Below are positions 27,766-39,093 of a DNA stretch of 64,000 nucleotides, piece after piece. Both the position numbers and the translations under genes were made by a program. Under the pieces are notes generated by a model. That model was not told the DNA's origin, searched no databases, and saw only the letters and a list, made by a program, of their open reading frames with translations. Source of the stretch: Octopus vulgaris (Eukaryota); assembly GCA_951406725.2 (NCBI GenBank), contig OX597820.1, positions 111,290,001 to 111,354,000 on the forward strand, given 5' to 3'. The number at the start of each line of letters is the position of its first letter. The first letter of the stretch is position 1.

Positions 27766-29105
27766 ATAGGGAAAGGTAGGGCAAGTTGAGCTTGTTTTTA
27801 AGTTAGGTACGTTAGGACTGAAATTACTGATGAGCTTGCAGAAATGAGTATCTTACCTTCAAATTTAATCCTTGAGCTACATTTGTAGCTAGTTCTAACT
27901 TTCTGTTCTCACACTGAAAGTTACTGTGACCTTTGAAAAGATGAATGCCAAATGGTTTAACTTTCCCCACCTTTGGAGTAAGTTGATCCAACCTCTGGGG
28001 TAAGTTGTGCCATACAAGGATAAGGTGATCAATGCCCCAAATAAAGATAACTAAGGTACAAAACCACTATTCTATCTGGAAAATATATTTAATGTTGTAA
28101 CTACAACACTGAACGAAATGGTTACCTTGTGCTCATAGTTATAATAGTCAGTTAAAAACAAATAGAGTCATAGGAAAATCAAGATAGTAACAGTGGTAAG
28201 AAAAGTCAACTCAATTCAGCTTCCACAGTTTCAAGTCACAATTTATCAAAAAGTGTCCCAAATACACCCAGAAATGTCAACAATCAGATTATGGTAACTA
28301 AGGCACAATATCCTGCTCATCAATACCAGCTTCATCATTTGGATAGGAAAACAGATGTGAGAAATGATTTCATTTAAGCTGTCACACTGACAAGTCATAG
28401 TTTGACCCAGCTGACCAGAACAACGGGCAGACATGCTAACAGTTTTAGGCTATGGCAGTTTATGCACGACGTCTTCCATTTCAAAACTTGCTCCATCCTT
28501 TGGATTTGGAACAAACACTGGGTTGTCAGCTTCAACTTGCCCAGAAAATTTTTACAGAAAGACATTCGAACTGAAATTCCTCTCCATTGAGTACATCAGC
28601 CTAATGTACTACACAAATCGTGCTTTGCTAGCACATTTGACAACCGCAAAGTTACCTACAAGGATATCCATGTCACTATCCATATCTGATTTGTCATTAT
28701 ACTCAACTTCTGATTCATCATTTTCCACATTGGAACTAGGGGTTTTGGAGCTTGGGGACATGCCTTTTCCCCTTTAGATTTGAAGAAACACCTCTTTGGC
28801 TTCTTGGCAGATGCATTCCGTTTGCCATTTTCAGATAGGACTGCAAGCTCCTGGCGTTCTGTGGTGTCAGTTACAATCTTTGTGCTGGTCAATAATTGAA
28901 TGTACTCTCCCTTTCTATCAATACACTTAGTCCTGCCGGACTTTATCGCAACCATCAGACAACACACGTTATTCTTGGGGATGAGGAACAGTATCAGAAT
29001 GGCATTTTTCAGATTTGGCTCATCGTGAATATATCGGGGCAAATAAGTTGGACTATAGCTCAACTTGTCCCGTAAGGTCTGGCTCACCTTACCCCAGTCT
29101 GAACT
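27766..29105 (-). mobile_element. Probable non-autonomous DNA transposon (pogo-like) with subterminal repeats
   Basis: Repeated ggg(c/t)aagttg motifs at 27780-28010, inverted at 29058-29095; decayed coding-like acidic/basic segment on the minus strand. Confidence 0.4.
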
Positions 29106-29708
29106 TCATGAGGTGTCTACTCATACACACATAAGCTATGCATCTATTGTTTGAAAGGATATGGCGAGCGTGTGTATCCCATACCTGGGCTGACAACTGC
29201 CATCTGATATCTATATCATATCTATGTTGCATATGGAATAAAATATTCTTGACCGTTTCACACATCTTTTACTTTTATGGCTAAATTTGATCAAAACAGT
29301 TTTATTCAAATTATAAGTTTAAATTTATGTTGGCATTTTTGTAAAATTATAATACAATTTAGCTCTGAAATAATCTGAAAAACAAAGAAAAATCATTTAA
29401 CAAATATATAACAAATATCTAACACACATTGAAAAGTTGTAATTTTACCACGTTGGCGGGATACCTACCTACCAATTGTCTTATTTCTCAATGTTTTTGC
29501 TATCTTTACTCATCAGATGTTTTAGACAATTTAGTATATATGTGTTAGAGATTATATGATTAATACCGTAAAATAGGATATTTAATTGTGGGGGTGTATG
29601 CAAGGGGTACGGGTGGGGGTCACATAACCCTAATTTTCATAATCTTATTTAAAATACTATTTGAAATCCTGTGCATACTGTAGAATTAAGGTTGTATTTC
29701 GACTCCAC

Positions 29709-29797
<89 letters not shown>

Positions 29798-29964
29798 GTT
29801 TGTATACTGTCAATCTAACAAGAACGTGACAGTAGGGGGTACACCACCGTTGTATAGCCCTAGGAGGCATCGAACGCCTCCTGACAGCTTCGACACATTT
29901 TTTCCCTGTGTCCTTATATACATATACGAAGGGGAGACAAACACCCCCAAACGCCAGAACTGCA

Positions 29965-30010
29965 TCTAGGGACACCGTGTTTCAGGATCATTGTCCGTCA
30001 TCGGCCTAGA
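29965..30010 (-). ncRNA. Minimal type I hammerhead ribozyme (inverted copy)
   Basis: tctagg-CCGATGA-cgga-caatga-tcct-GAAA-cacggtg-TC-cctaga. Confidence 0.7.
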
Positions 30011-30352
30011 GTAGCAGACACCGGTCGGCTGGTGATATTTGTCTGGACTTCGTATCTGTATATATGTAAACTCAGTGAAGTCTATTCACTGATTATCTAT
30101 CGCCCCACCACCGTACAGGTCTCTACGAGAGATTTAGAAATTCAATATTTCTTATTTTGATAATCAGTGAATAGACTTCACTGAGCTTACATATATACAG
30201 ATACGAAGTCCAGACAAATATCACCAGCCGACCTTTTTTTTTTTGGAGTCGTTATTCTGGTGTGTTGGTTTCGAGTGCGTCATTGTGAAGAGGTTGTGAG
30301 TTCGAGTTCGTTGCTGGAGGACGTGGTGAATTTTATTTGGAGATTTTTGAAA

Positions 30353-31426
30353 ATGCAAGACCAGACGTATGCGAGAGCAGCAGGCAGAGGCGTGGTTGCG
30401 AGTGAACTAGAAATGGAAGAAGTGGTAGTCGAGAAGAAGACTTTAGAAAAATATTTCGACAGTTTGAAGAGGGAGGGTGACTGCGTGAGAATCACACCGT
30501 CCAAAGAAGAAGAAAATAACGCGGAGAAACGTATGATAACATACAGGACATGGTGTGTGGCGTCAAGAAAAATAGAAGTAGCAGAGACGGAAGAAATAGA
30601 GAAATGCCTGAAAGGAATTGAGGGTGAACCTACCTTTTTCAACAGAGGAAGGAAATATGCCACAGTGGTGGTACACTTTAAAAATGAAAATGAAGCAAGA
30701 AAGAATGCGACAAAAATTCTGAAATCCGAAAGTTGGACTTTATTACCTAGCTACTGCGGAAAGAGGGCAGTCAGAATAAGAATTGGTAGGATTTCGCCCG
30801 AACTTAACATGGAGAGGATATTAGCGGCAGTAGTTTTCAACTGCAAGGAAAGTGTGGAGGTGGTGAAGGTGGAAAAGTCAACAGAAGTTAAGTGGTGGGG
30901 ATATGCGGTACAGGTTCTGGCACATATAACGGTGCCAGACCTATACAACATCCCGGAGGAGTTGGTCTTCCCTGATGAGACACGGCTTAGAGTCGTGGTA
31001 GAGGGAAGACCTCCAGTTTGTTATAATTGCAAATTAAGAGGCCACATGAAGGATGTGTGCCCGCTGGAGAAAACGATAACACCGGAGGCTGTAACAAAGA
31101 AGTGGAAAGATACGTGTGTGGAGGAGGGAGAAGTGCAGGAGGAAATGAAAGCAGTGGAGGCGCAAACGGAGGAGCAGCTAATTGAGGATGTGGAAGAAGA
31201 ACGTGCAAGTGCAGAGGATGGAAGAACAGAAGATAGGAAGAGAACAAGGGTGGAATCACCACCGAAAGTTCTAAAAAAGAAAAAAAGAAAAAGCAAGATA
31301 ACAGAAGAAAAAGAAGAGAGAACGTGCAAAGAAAAGGACGAACAGACAAAGACAGAGGTAAACCTAGAATGGAGAAAAAAAGTGAGAGAACAGTTGGATG
31401 CTTGTAAAAAGGGAAAAGACCTGTAG
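30353..31426 (+). CDS. LINE ORF1-like protein with CCHC zinc knuckle (about 357 aa from the first ATG)
   Basis: Uninterrupted ORF MQDQTYARAA...; CYNCKLRGHMKDVC; collinear similarity with ORF1 at 46211-47050; acidic then basic tail. Confidence 0.85.
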   Translation: MQDQTYARAAGRGVVASELEMEEVVVEKKTLEKYFDSLKREGDCVRITPSKEEENNAEKRMITYRTWCVASRKIEVAETEEIEKCLKGIEGEPTFFNRGRKYATVVVHFKNENEARKNATKILKSESWTLLPSYCGKRAVRIRIGRISPELNMERILAAVVFNCKESVEVVKVEKSTEVKWWGYAVQVLAHITVPDLYNIPEELVFPDETRLRVVVEGRPPVCYNCKLRGHMKDVCPLEKTITPEAVTKKWKDTCVEEGEVQEEMKAVEAQTEEQLIEDVEEERASAEDGRTEDRKRTRVESPPKVLKKKKRKSKITEEKEERTCKEKDEQTKTEVNLEWRKKVREQLDACKKGKDL

Positions 31427-31713
31427 GAAAATACCTGAAAGTATTCGTGTTGTACGTGAAAGACACAGAAGTGGAAAAAAGACTTGCAGATAGGAAAGGA
31501 TTGATTAGGGTTAAATTACACCCAAAACTGCATGATGACGATGTGAAAGGGGTAGTTGTAGATAAAGGAACATTTATTAAATTGAAAAGTATGTTTGATC
31601 AGGTTTATTTAACGTATTGTGTATGTTATGACAATTTGCCAAATGTGATAGACCAGATGGAATTAACAAAGTACATTACGGACGAACGTCCAACAGAACT
31701 GGAATTTATGTAA
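31408..31713 (+). CDS. -1 frame continuation of ORF1 (C-terminal domain)
   Basis: Frame is open from 31408 (KGKRPVGKYLKVFVLYVKD...) to TAA at 31713 and overlaps the end of the main ORF. Confidence 0.55.
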   Translation, partial: KGKRPVGKYLKVFVLYVKDTEVEKRLADRKGLIRVKLHPKLHDDDVKGVVVDKGTFIKLKSMFDQVYLTYCVCYDNLPNVIDQMELTKYITDERPTELEFM

Positions 31714-31998
31714 TTGTAAAATTGTAACATTGTAAATTGTAAAATGTAAAATTGTATTTTGAACTGGAATATATGTAATTGTAAAATTGTAAAATGTAAA
31801 ATTGTATTTTAAACGGAACTGCGAGTTGGGGGGTTCGTAAGCCGTTCCATCTAACTCATTATACATAATTCATCTTTATTTCATATTTTATTTTTTACTT
31901 TATGTACCCCATGTCCCGTCTTGTAATGTCCCCTCTGCATTCGGGCCATCGTGCCCATAATAAAGATATAATATCACCAGCCGACCGGTGTCTGCTAC

Positions 31999-32044
31999 TC
32001 TAGGCCGATGAAGGACAATGATCCTGAAACACGGTGTCCCTAGA
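31999..32044 (+). ncRNA. Minimal type I hammerhead ribozyme
   Basis: tctagg-CCGATGA-agga-caatga-tcct-GAAA-cacggtg-TC-cctaga: 6-bp stem I, 4-bp stem II, GUC site, U4C core variant. Confidence 0.75.
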
Positions 32045-32274
32045 TGCAGTTCTGGCGGTTGGGGGTGTTTGTCTCCCCTTCGTATATGTATATAAGGACA
32101 CAGGGAAAAAATGTGTCGAAGCTGTCAGGAGGCGTTCGATACCTCCTAGGGCTATACAACGGTGGTGTACCCCCTACTGTCACGTTCTTGTTAGATTGAC
32201 AGTATACAACCATTCTATCGCCCCACCACCGTACAGGTCTCCACGAGAGATTTAGAAATTCAATATTTCTTTAT

Positions 32275-32445
32275 GAAAATAAACAAAAGACGAAGGCAGG
32301 TGGAGTACAAACAATTAATTGTATTAGTATGGCGCTCAGGAATATAAATAAAACAAATCTTTTACGTTTCGAGCCTACGCTCTTCGACAGAAAGATACAC
32401 AGAAAAGAAACACAGAAAGAAACAAGGAGAGAAAAAAAATGCGTA
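32275..32445 (-). mobile_element. Short dispersed PLE-type repeat with hammerhead-like motif (family also at 42795, 59538, 59790, 63850)
   Basis: cttt-CTGTCGA-a-gagc-gtag-gctc-GAAA-cg-TA-aaag at 32359-32394 (-). Confidence 0.65.
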
Positions 32446-32464
32446 TTTATATATATATATATAT

Positions 32465-32890
32465 GAAAAGCCAGGGAACTCCGTCAGATCACAAATATGT
32501 AGGACGTACCTCTTTAAGAATACCATATGCACCAATGATAACTGCATGGTATGTAGGATTAGCCCTGGCATTAACTGTAGAACTCGAAATGTAGTTTACA
32601 GCATAAGATGCATAGAAGGTACTTGTAAAGACATGGACATGACATACATAGGGGAGACATCTGGGAGCATTGCAGAACGACTAAATGAACATCTAAGACA
32701 ATATGACGACAGAAAACAGTCCTCCATACTCTACTAACATGCCAAAGACCACCATGGAAGTAACTTAGGTCAACTTGATATCTGCATCTTATCCAGGCAC
32801 CCAAAAGACCCAACACTCAGACAAATACGGGAGTACGTCCTTAAAAATGAAACCTCCCCAATACTAAATAGGAAATATACATAGTAGATA
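32465..32890 (+). mobile_element. Penelope-like GIY-YIG endonuclease fragment
   Basis: CRTRNVVYSIRC..C...YIGETSGSIAERLNEH...LRQIRE...PILN. Confidence 0.85.
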
Positions 32891-33457
32891 CCATACCTCC
32901 ATTCCCACAGTTTACATAGGTAGAGTAGAATAGTTAGTGGACCGTAAGGTAGATAAATGTATGTATGTGTGAGATTGTGTATGCACTTTTTTTTATGTAA
33001 GCATATAGATATGAAAATAAGCACATCAACATACAGACAGATACGTACATAGGTTACAAGAACAGACAAGCACACATACGCAAATGGAGACTGAAACACA
33101 TGACCATATATATATACACACTTTACTCCACACAATGACACATATGGAGACACGGATCCACACATATAGAGATGCACATCCATACATACAAACATGGTAC
33201 ATAGCTGCATAACACACACACATACAGGCATGCACACACAAGGAGACAGAGGTGCAAACATATACAAACACATGCTCACACACACATACATAGAAAATAC
33301 ACAAGCACAGTCATGCAAGCACATAAATACACAGGATACATACATTATACACATACATACATATATACATATGCATACACATACATATATACATACATAC
33401 ACATGCAAACACATACGTACATACGTACATGCATGCATGTATAGGCACACACACACG

Positions 33458-33502
<45 letters not shown>

Positions 33503-33664
33503 ACCCACAGACATGCACACAAACAAAAGGGAACGCAGTGTAAATAACGGACAGAGTCAAGATTATTGAAAAGGTTGCAAGACGCAACGAAATTTTTAGG
33601 AAAATAAAAATAAGAAAAAAAGTGAAAATGTTACCGGTGAGTGTACTTACTTGTACTTGTGGTG

Positions 33665-34070
33665 ACATTCACCCTGGGCGGGTTGAGTCGGTTCTTCTAG
33701 CACCCTCGAGTCATCTCGAACCATGGCAGCCCATGCACGACGGCCCTACGCCAGTTCACTGGAGATAGCGAGCCAGTCACGGTTCCATTGGCGCAGGCCG
33801 ACCACCTGCGGACTCGTGAGCACGAAGAGGTCCTCCTTGATCGTCGTAACCTAGGTCTTCAGCTGCCCGCCCGCGCGTTTCCGCCAGTTGGGAAGTGGAG
33901 TTGGGAGAAGGACATTACGGCTCAGTTCAACCACCGGACGCCTACATGCATAGCCAAACCACCGCAAGCGCCGTTGAAGAAGGACGGATGGAAGGGGCCG
34001 CAGGGATAGGCGAAGTCGGAGATTGACGGTGGGAACACGATCCACCCGACGGTGGATCGACCGGTGAGTG
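33665..34070 (-). mobile_element. RTE-clade LINE 3' fragment
   Basis: LLQRRLRWFGYACRRP..WRKRAGGQLKT*VTTIKEDL. Confidence 0.75.
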
Positions 34071-34089
34071 TGTTACATTATAAGGCACT

Positions 34090-34797
34090 AAAAGAAAACG
34101 ACTCTCCCCAGACACAACAGAATATGCTTCAACACACAAACTAATATAAAGAATCTTGCAAACCAAATCCAAAAACGAAATATAATAAGCTTTAGCCAAG
34201 CTAGCAAGACATTGAGAAACACCGTGTTCTGCTGTCTGAAAATCAAGGTAGCTACCCGACAGCTCCACTTCATTAAAACATGCATCTCCTCCAAGCTATA
34301 CACAAAATCTATCAATTCAGCTGCCATGCGGTTAGGACTCACAGAATATCAAGAAAGAAAACTAAACATACGATGTTACAAAACATCAAAAAGAAAATAT
34401 ACACAGAAATCAACCAATACCAAAAACGAAAGAGAGTCCTGCTGCATGAACTAAAAAACACCACTACTCCACACGAAAGAGAGACATTCATGACAAACAT
34501 CCGACAAGAATACCACCGAGTTAAACATACCTGTAACAAACACTTCAACAATAAACTCAAGTGGATGAAACAGCAACAACAACAATCCCAGCATGGTAAG
34601 AATCAATACAGATACCCAAACAACATCGATGGGATTATCATGTCAGAATGTAAACTACCAGAGGATTTCGACGCCAGGACATCGGAAAACAATACCACCA
34701 TCAACAACAACAACAAATACACCTCTAGAATATATGGTGCAGTACAGCTAGATACAGATGAAATGCATGCATTAGAGTTACCACCAAAATTCGCTAT
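34090..34797 (+). mobile_element. Probable Penelope-like N-terminal region
   Basis: A/C-rich ORFs 34212-34810 ending IYGAVQLDTDEMHALELPPKFA, resembling the pre-RT L..G.KF motif. Confidence 0.5.
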
Positions 34798-34806
34798 ATA
34801 TATATA

Positions 34807-35966
34807 CTAGCTAAAGGTGACCCGCTCTACGCGCGGGTGTGGTTGTTACTTTCTGTTGCTTCCTTTCAGCACGTAAAAAGCACCATCCGAACGTGGCGGA
34901 TTGCAGCGCCGCCTTGACAGGCTTCTGTGCTGGTGACACGTAAAAAGCACCAACCGATCGTGGCCGCTGCCAGCCCCCCTGGCACCTGTGCCGGCGGCAC
35001 GAAAAAGCACCCACTACGCTCACAGAGTGGTTGGCGTTAGGAAGGGCATCCACCTGTAGAAACACTGCCAGATCAGACTGGAGTCTGGTGCAGCCTCCTG
35101 GCTTCCCAGACCCCGGTCAAACTGTCCAACCCGTGCTAGCACGGAAAACGGACGTTAAACGATGATGATGATGATGATTCTCCCTCTTTGTTTCTCTCTC
35201 CTTTCTCTCTCACTTTCCCACTCTCTTACTCTTCCTTTCTCTCGGACTCTCCCTCGCTTTCTCTTTCTATCTTTATCTATCTCTCTCCCATTTATAAACA
35301 ACAAAAGATCTTGAGTAAGTTGAGAAATAAAATATTTAGAAAGATCAATCATAAATATCAGGCAGTAATAACGGAAAGGTCTGCTTCAAGGCAGACAGCA
35401 AAACACTAACATTTAAAAGAGACAGACGAACTTGCGAGCTGAATAAAAATAATAAAATATTGACGGGATAGAATTTGAGGATAGTAGAGTCACCATGGCT
35501 GGCATTTCTTAACGACGGACAGCAACGTATTGACAGTTTAACGGCTGGCGTAAAATTTTGAACTTGATGTAAAAGAAAATCCCTAAACACCAAGTTTTGA
35601 ATTGATTCTTTCTCACGACAGTAGACTCACGATGGCAAGCATTCAAAACTTCTTCATCATGGACGGCAACACATTGACGTTTAAAAGGCTGGCGTAAATT
35701 TTTTAGCTTGATGTAACAGAGAATTGCTAAACACCCGCTCCTTTAAATTTTAATCCCCTTCAAGTCCCATTTAGACCCCTTTTCACATTTTGGTTAATAT
35801 AACCCGATTTCATTCGGGTCTACTGGGGCCAGATTTTATAAGATGAGGAATTTTGTCCTAGAGGTCACGCCTTTCATTTGAGGAAAAAATAGTTGTCATG
35901 CAAACTTGCCAGCACTTTTAACATAGGTGTGCATATTTTCAGCTCAACCGACCACATAATGCACAC

Positions 35967-36048
<82 letters not shown>

Positions 36049-36777
36049 AGTCTCTCTCATACGTGAGCGTTGACGCTGAATTCGACTGGTAAGCAGGTAA
36101 CCTTGTCTTTGTCGAAATAGTTGTGAGCTGCTGGAGTTATTTCTCTGACAGGTAATAGGAATTTCCATATCCTCCGAGGAAACGAACTGTTGACCCAGAC
36201 AATTAGAATTAATTTTAATAAAAGCATCAATTTAAGAAAAAATAATAAAGTAGTAAAAAATGAAAATTTAGCACGAAAAATTCGCAGGGTTCTAAATAAA
36301 TGTTAAAATGTAATAGATACGAAAAACCTATGTTATCACCAGAACACGAACGCTGGTTGGTGCGTTCTGTTTGTATTTGGTCGATCGGCGCGTTGACAGG
36401 TAGACAATAGAATGCGATTGCGATGGCGATGGAATATTTGTTTCTCACTATGAATGCAGACAGATACATAAGTGAAAGTTATGGGAAGGTAAGAAATAGA
36501 GAGAGTGAAAATGTGCTGGGAAGAGAGGAAATAGCGAGAGTGAGTTGAGGAAGACAGATACATTAAATAACGAGAATGGACTTGTCAAAGTTAAAGGGAA
36601 ATGGAGGAAATAGCGTGAGTGAGGAAGATGGCCCCTAGCAACCACACCTTTTCAGATAGGGATTTCTAAGGTAGCCCACGGGCATCGTCACCTCATTTTA
36701 CATGTCCCTGTAAATTTTGGAGCGAATCGGACGGGATGTAGTGGCATTGAAAGCGAGCCAAGCGGTAAAAACGCATT

Positions 36778-36790
<13 letters not shown>
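34807..36790 (-). mobile_element. Non-autonomous Helitron (minus strand) with a nested SINE
   Basis: Minus 3' end: cccgcgcgtagagcggg hairpin then CTAG|T at 34807. Minus 5' end: TATATATAAActgaa...ccgattcgctccaaaattt near 36790. Internal ~145-bp imperfect tandem repeat at 35490-35735. Confidence 0.7.
34868..35178 (+). mobile_element. SINE sharing its 3' tail with the RTE LINE
   Basis: ggcgttaggaagggcatcca..tagaaa...ggacgttaaacgatgatgat matches 8805-8950. Confidence 0.8.
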
Positions 36791-36856
<66 letters not shown>

Positions 36857-36878
36857 ATTTATATATATGTGTGTGTGC

Positions 36879-36909
<31 letters not shown>

Positions 36910-37379
36910 ATCAAAATATGCAACAAGGATATCCAAGGTAGTGTAGTACAATCGTTTCATGCTACTTCATTTTATTAAACAATGTAAGTATTACATCAGT
37001 TTTAAAATGTAGAGCAATCTTCAGCCACATATAGAATTTTTTTAATTTAATGGACAATGTACACTTTTATACTTGTTTCATTTGCCAACATTATAAAGAG
37101 GGTAGATATATAGATAGAGAGGTTAATTTCATCATTAGGAACATGGTAGTAGAAGGTCCTTCTTCATCTGTAGATTTTTATCACTGAGTTCACTTTGTTA
37201 TTTAGATTAATCAATGGAGAGGGGTTTTCTTGATTTGGTTCAATGGAGAAAAACAAGAATTCTTTTTCTATTTATAGATAGATGAAGGGGTATACAAATG
37301 TTGAAATCATAAATACATCTCCATTTTGAGGAATTTAAGTTAGGCATATTTGAATGTATCTTAGCTAAAGTTAGTAGGC

Positions 37380-37569
37380 CCTGGACCGGGCGACGCGTTG
37401 TGTTCTTGAGCAAAACACTTCATTTCACGTTGCTCCAGTCCACTCAGCTGGCAAAAAGGAGTAACGCTGCGATGGACTGGCGTCCCGGCCAGCTGGGGAA
37501 TACATACGCCATAGAAACTGGGAAACTGGGCCCATTAGCCTGGCTAGGCTTTAAAAGGGCGCGTTTATT
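37380..37569 (+). mobile_element. CORE-like SINE fragment
   Basis: gtgttcttgagcaa.acactt.atttcacgttgctccagt.cactcagctg is shared with 37915-38235 and 60420-60740. Confidence 0.65.
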
Positions 37570-37570
37570 T

Positions 37571-37642
<72 letters not shown>

Positions 37643-37820
37643 GAGTGTATTTTACCTTGTTAGCAATTAACACGGATAAATGAATGAATAGTTACCAGGG
37701 CAGCAAAAATCTCACAAGTAAAGATGTTGTAACTCCTTGTTTATAAGTATCAGTGGAATTTTTGAAACATATGTAGAAAGTAAAAATACTTGTTTAAACC
37801 TGCGTTAACTCCATTTTTTA

Positions 37821-37887
<67 letters not shown>

Positions 37888-37914
37888 AACGCGCCCTTTT
37901 ATATATGTAGTAAA

Positions 37915-38237
37915 GGCGCACATGGTTTATTAGTTACCATATTTAGTTCACGATCATAACGTCGTAAGTTCGATACACGTTAGTACGTTGGATCCTTGAG
38001 CAAGACACTTTACTTCACGTTAATTCCAGTCCATTTAGCTGCCTAAAATGAGCTGTTCCTAAAATTCAAAGGGTCAGCCTAGTCACATTCTGTATCACAC
38101 TGAATCTCATTGAGAATTACGATAAGGATACGCGTGTCAGTGGAGTGCTGAGCCACTTGCACGTTAATTTCGTGAGCAAGCTGTTCCATTAATCAGATCA
38201 GCTAGAACATTTGCTGTCTTAACCGACGGAGTGCCAG
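37915..38237 (+). mobile_element. tRNA-head CORE-like SINE
   Basis: A/B-box-like head (tggttta.tagtta...gttcgat), then ccttgagcaagacactt. Confidence 0.65.
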
Positions 38238-38253
38238 ATTACATACACGCATA

Positions 38254-39093
38254 CGTTGTCTGATTAATAAGTATCTCGACTGTTGCCATAGTAACGAAGC
38301 TAAAGCACACAGAGTAAAGCTGCTTGACACAGGCTGACCTTAAACTCCGCTGTGCATGTGCACTAAGTTTAAACGTTCTAGCTCACTTCTGCTGTTTACA
38401 GCAGTACTTGGAAGGAAGGTGTGTAGCGCGTGATTGCCGCATTGACCATGACAGATAATGTTGAGCAGAGAATCTACATAAAATTTTACCAAAAGCTTGA
38501 CGATATCTGCTCAGTGTCCTACGCAAAGTTTTCAAAAGTTTTTCATCATTCTTGACACAATCAAAAAGATCTTTTTGGTCAGCTGAAAGCAGTTTTGGCA
38601 CAAATCTTCAGTGATAATGGACTGAACTGAACCATAACTAATCTGCACATAACTCACAGATGGTGATTCGATGATTCCCTCTCACAGCTGCACACACATC
38701 TGTGATGTTTTTCTCAGTTTTGCTGGTTGCGGGTCTCCCAGAACATTCGTCAATATCGACATTTTTTCGGCCATCTTGGAGAAGTCTGAACCACTCGTAT
38801 ATTTGTGTGCGGCTCATACACTCCTCTCCATACACTTTTTGCAGCTTTGCGTAGGCCTCTGAACAGATATCGCCATAACAACTTTCTCTGGCATGGTCAA
38901 TGCGACGATCACACGCTACACTACACACATTCCTTTTAAGCACTGCTGTAAACAGCAGAAGTGAGCTGGAACGTTAAAACATAGTACGCATGCACAACAG
39001 AGTTCAAGATCAAGCTTTGCCAAGCGGCTTCACTCTGTATTCTTTAGCATCGTTACTATGGCAACTTCCCGGATACTTATTGATCAAACCTCG
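38254..39093 (-). mobile_element. Deleted mariner derivative with long (~250 bp) inverted arms and TA target
   Basis: TA-flanked inverted termini; internal HTH LQKVYGEECMSRTQIYEWFR..DECSGRP. Confidence 0.85.

Larger units (their letters stand above)
30234..31969 (+). mobile_element. ORF1-only non-autonomous L1/Tx1-type retroelement (HAL1-like) with 17-bp TSD
   Basis: TSD aatatcaccagccgacc at 30217-30233 and 31970-31986; single ORF1-like gene; 3' UTR ending tgtcccctct..aataaaga like the LINE at 51362-51400; no EN or RT. Confidence 0.88.
29801..32272 (+). mobile_element. Non-coding hammerhead-bearing element (PLE pLTR or retrozyme-like): inverted copy, partial tandem and full unit, split by an insertion
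   Basis: 29801-30095 is the reverse complement of 30158-30233 joined to 31987-32209; a ~58-bp direct repeat lies at 30095-30152 and 32214-32271; adjacent to (TA)n. Confidence 0.85.

Noticed and set aside
29801-32209. DNA transposon with ~230-bp TIRs enclosing the 388-aa ORF
   Set aside because: The ORF has its own 17-bp TSD and a LINE ORF1 signature. The inverted repeats belong to the older hammerhead element it interrupted.
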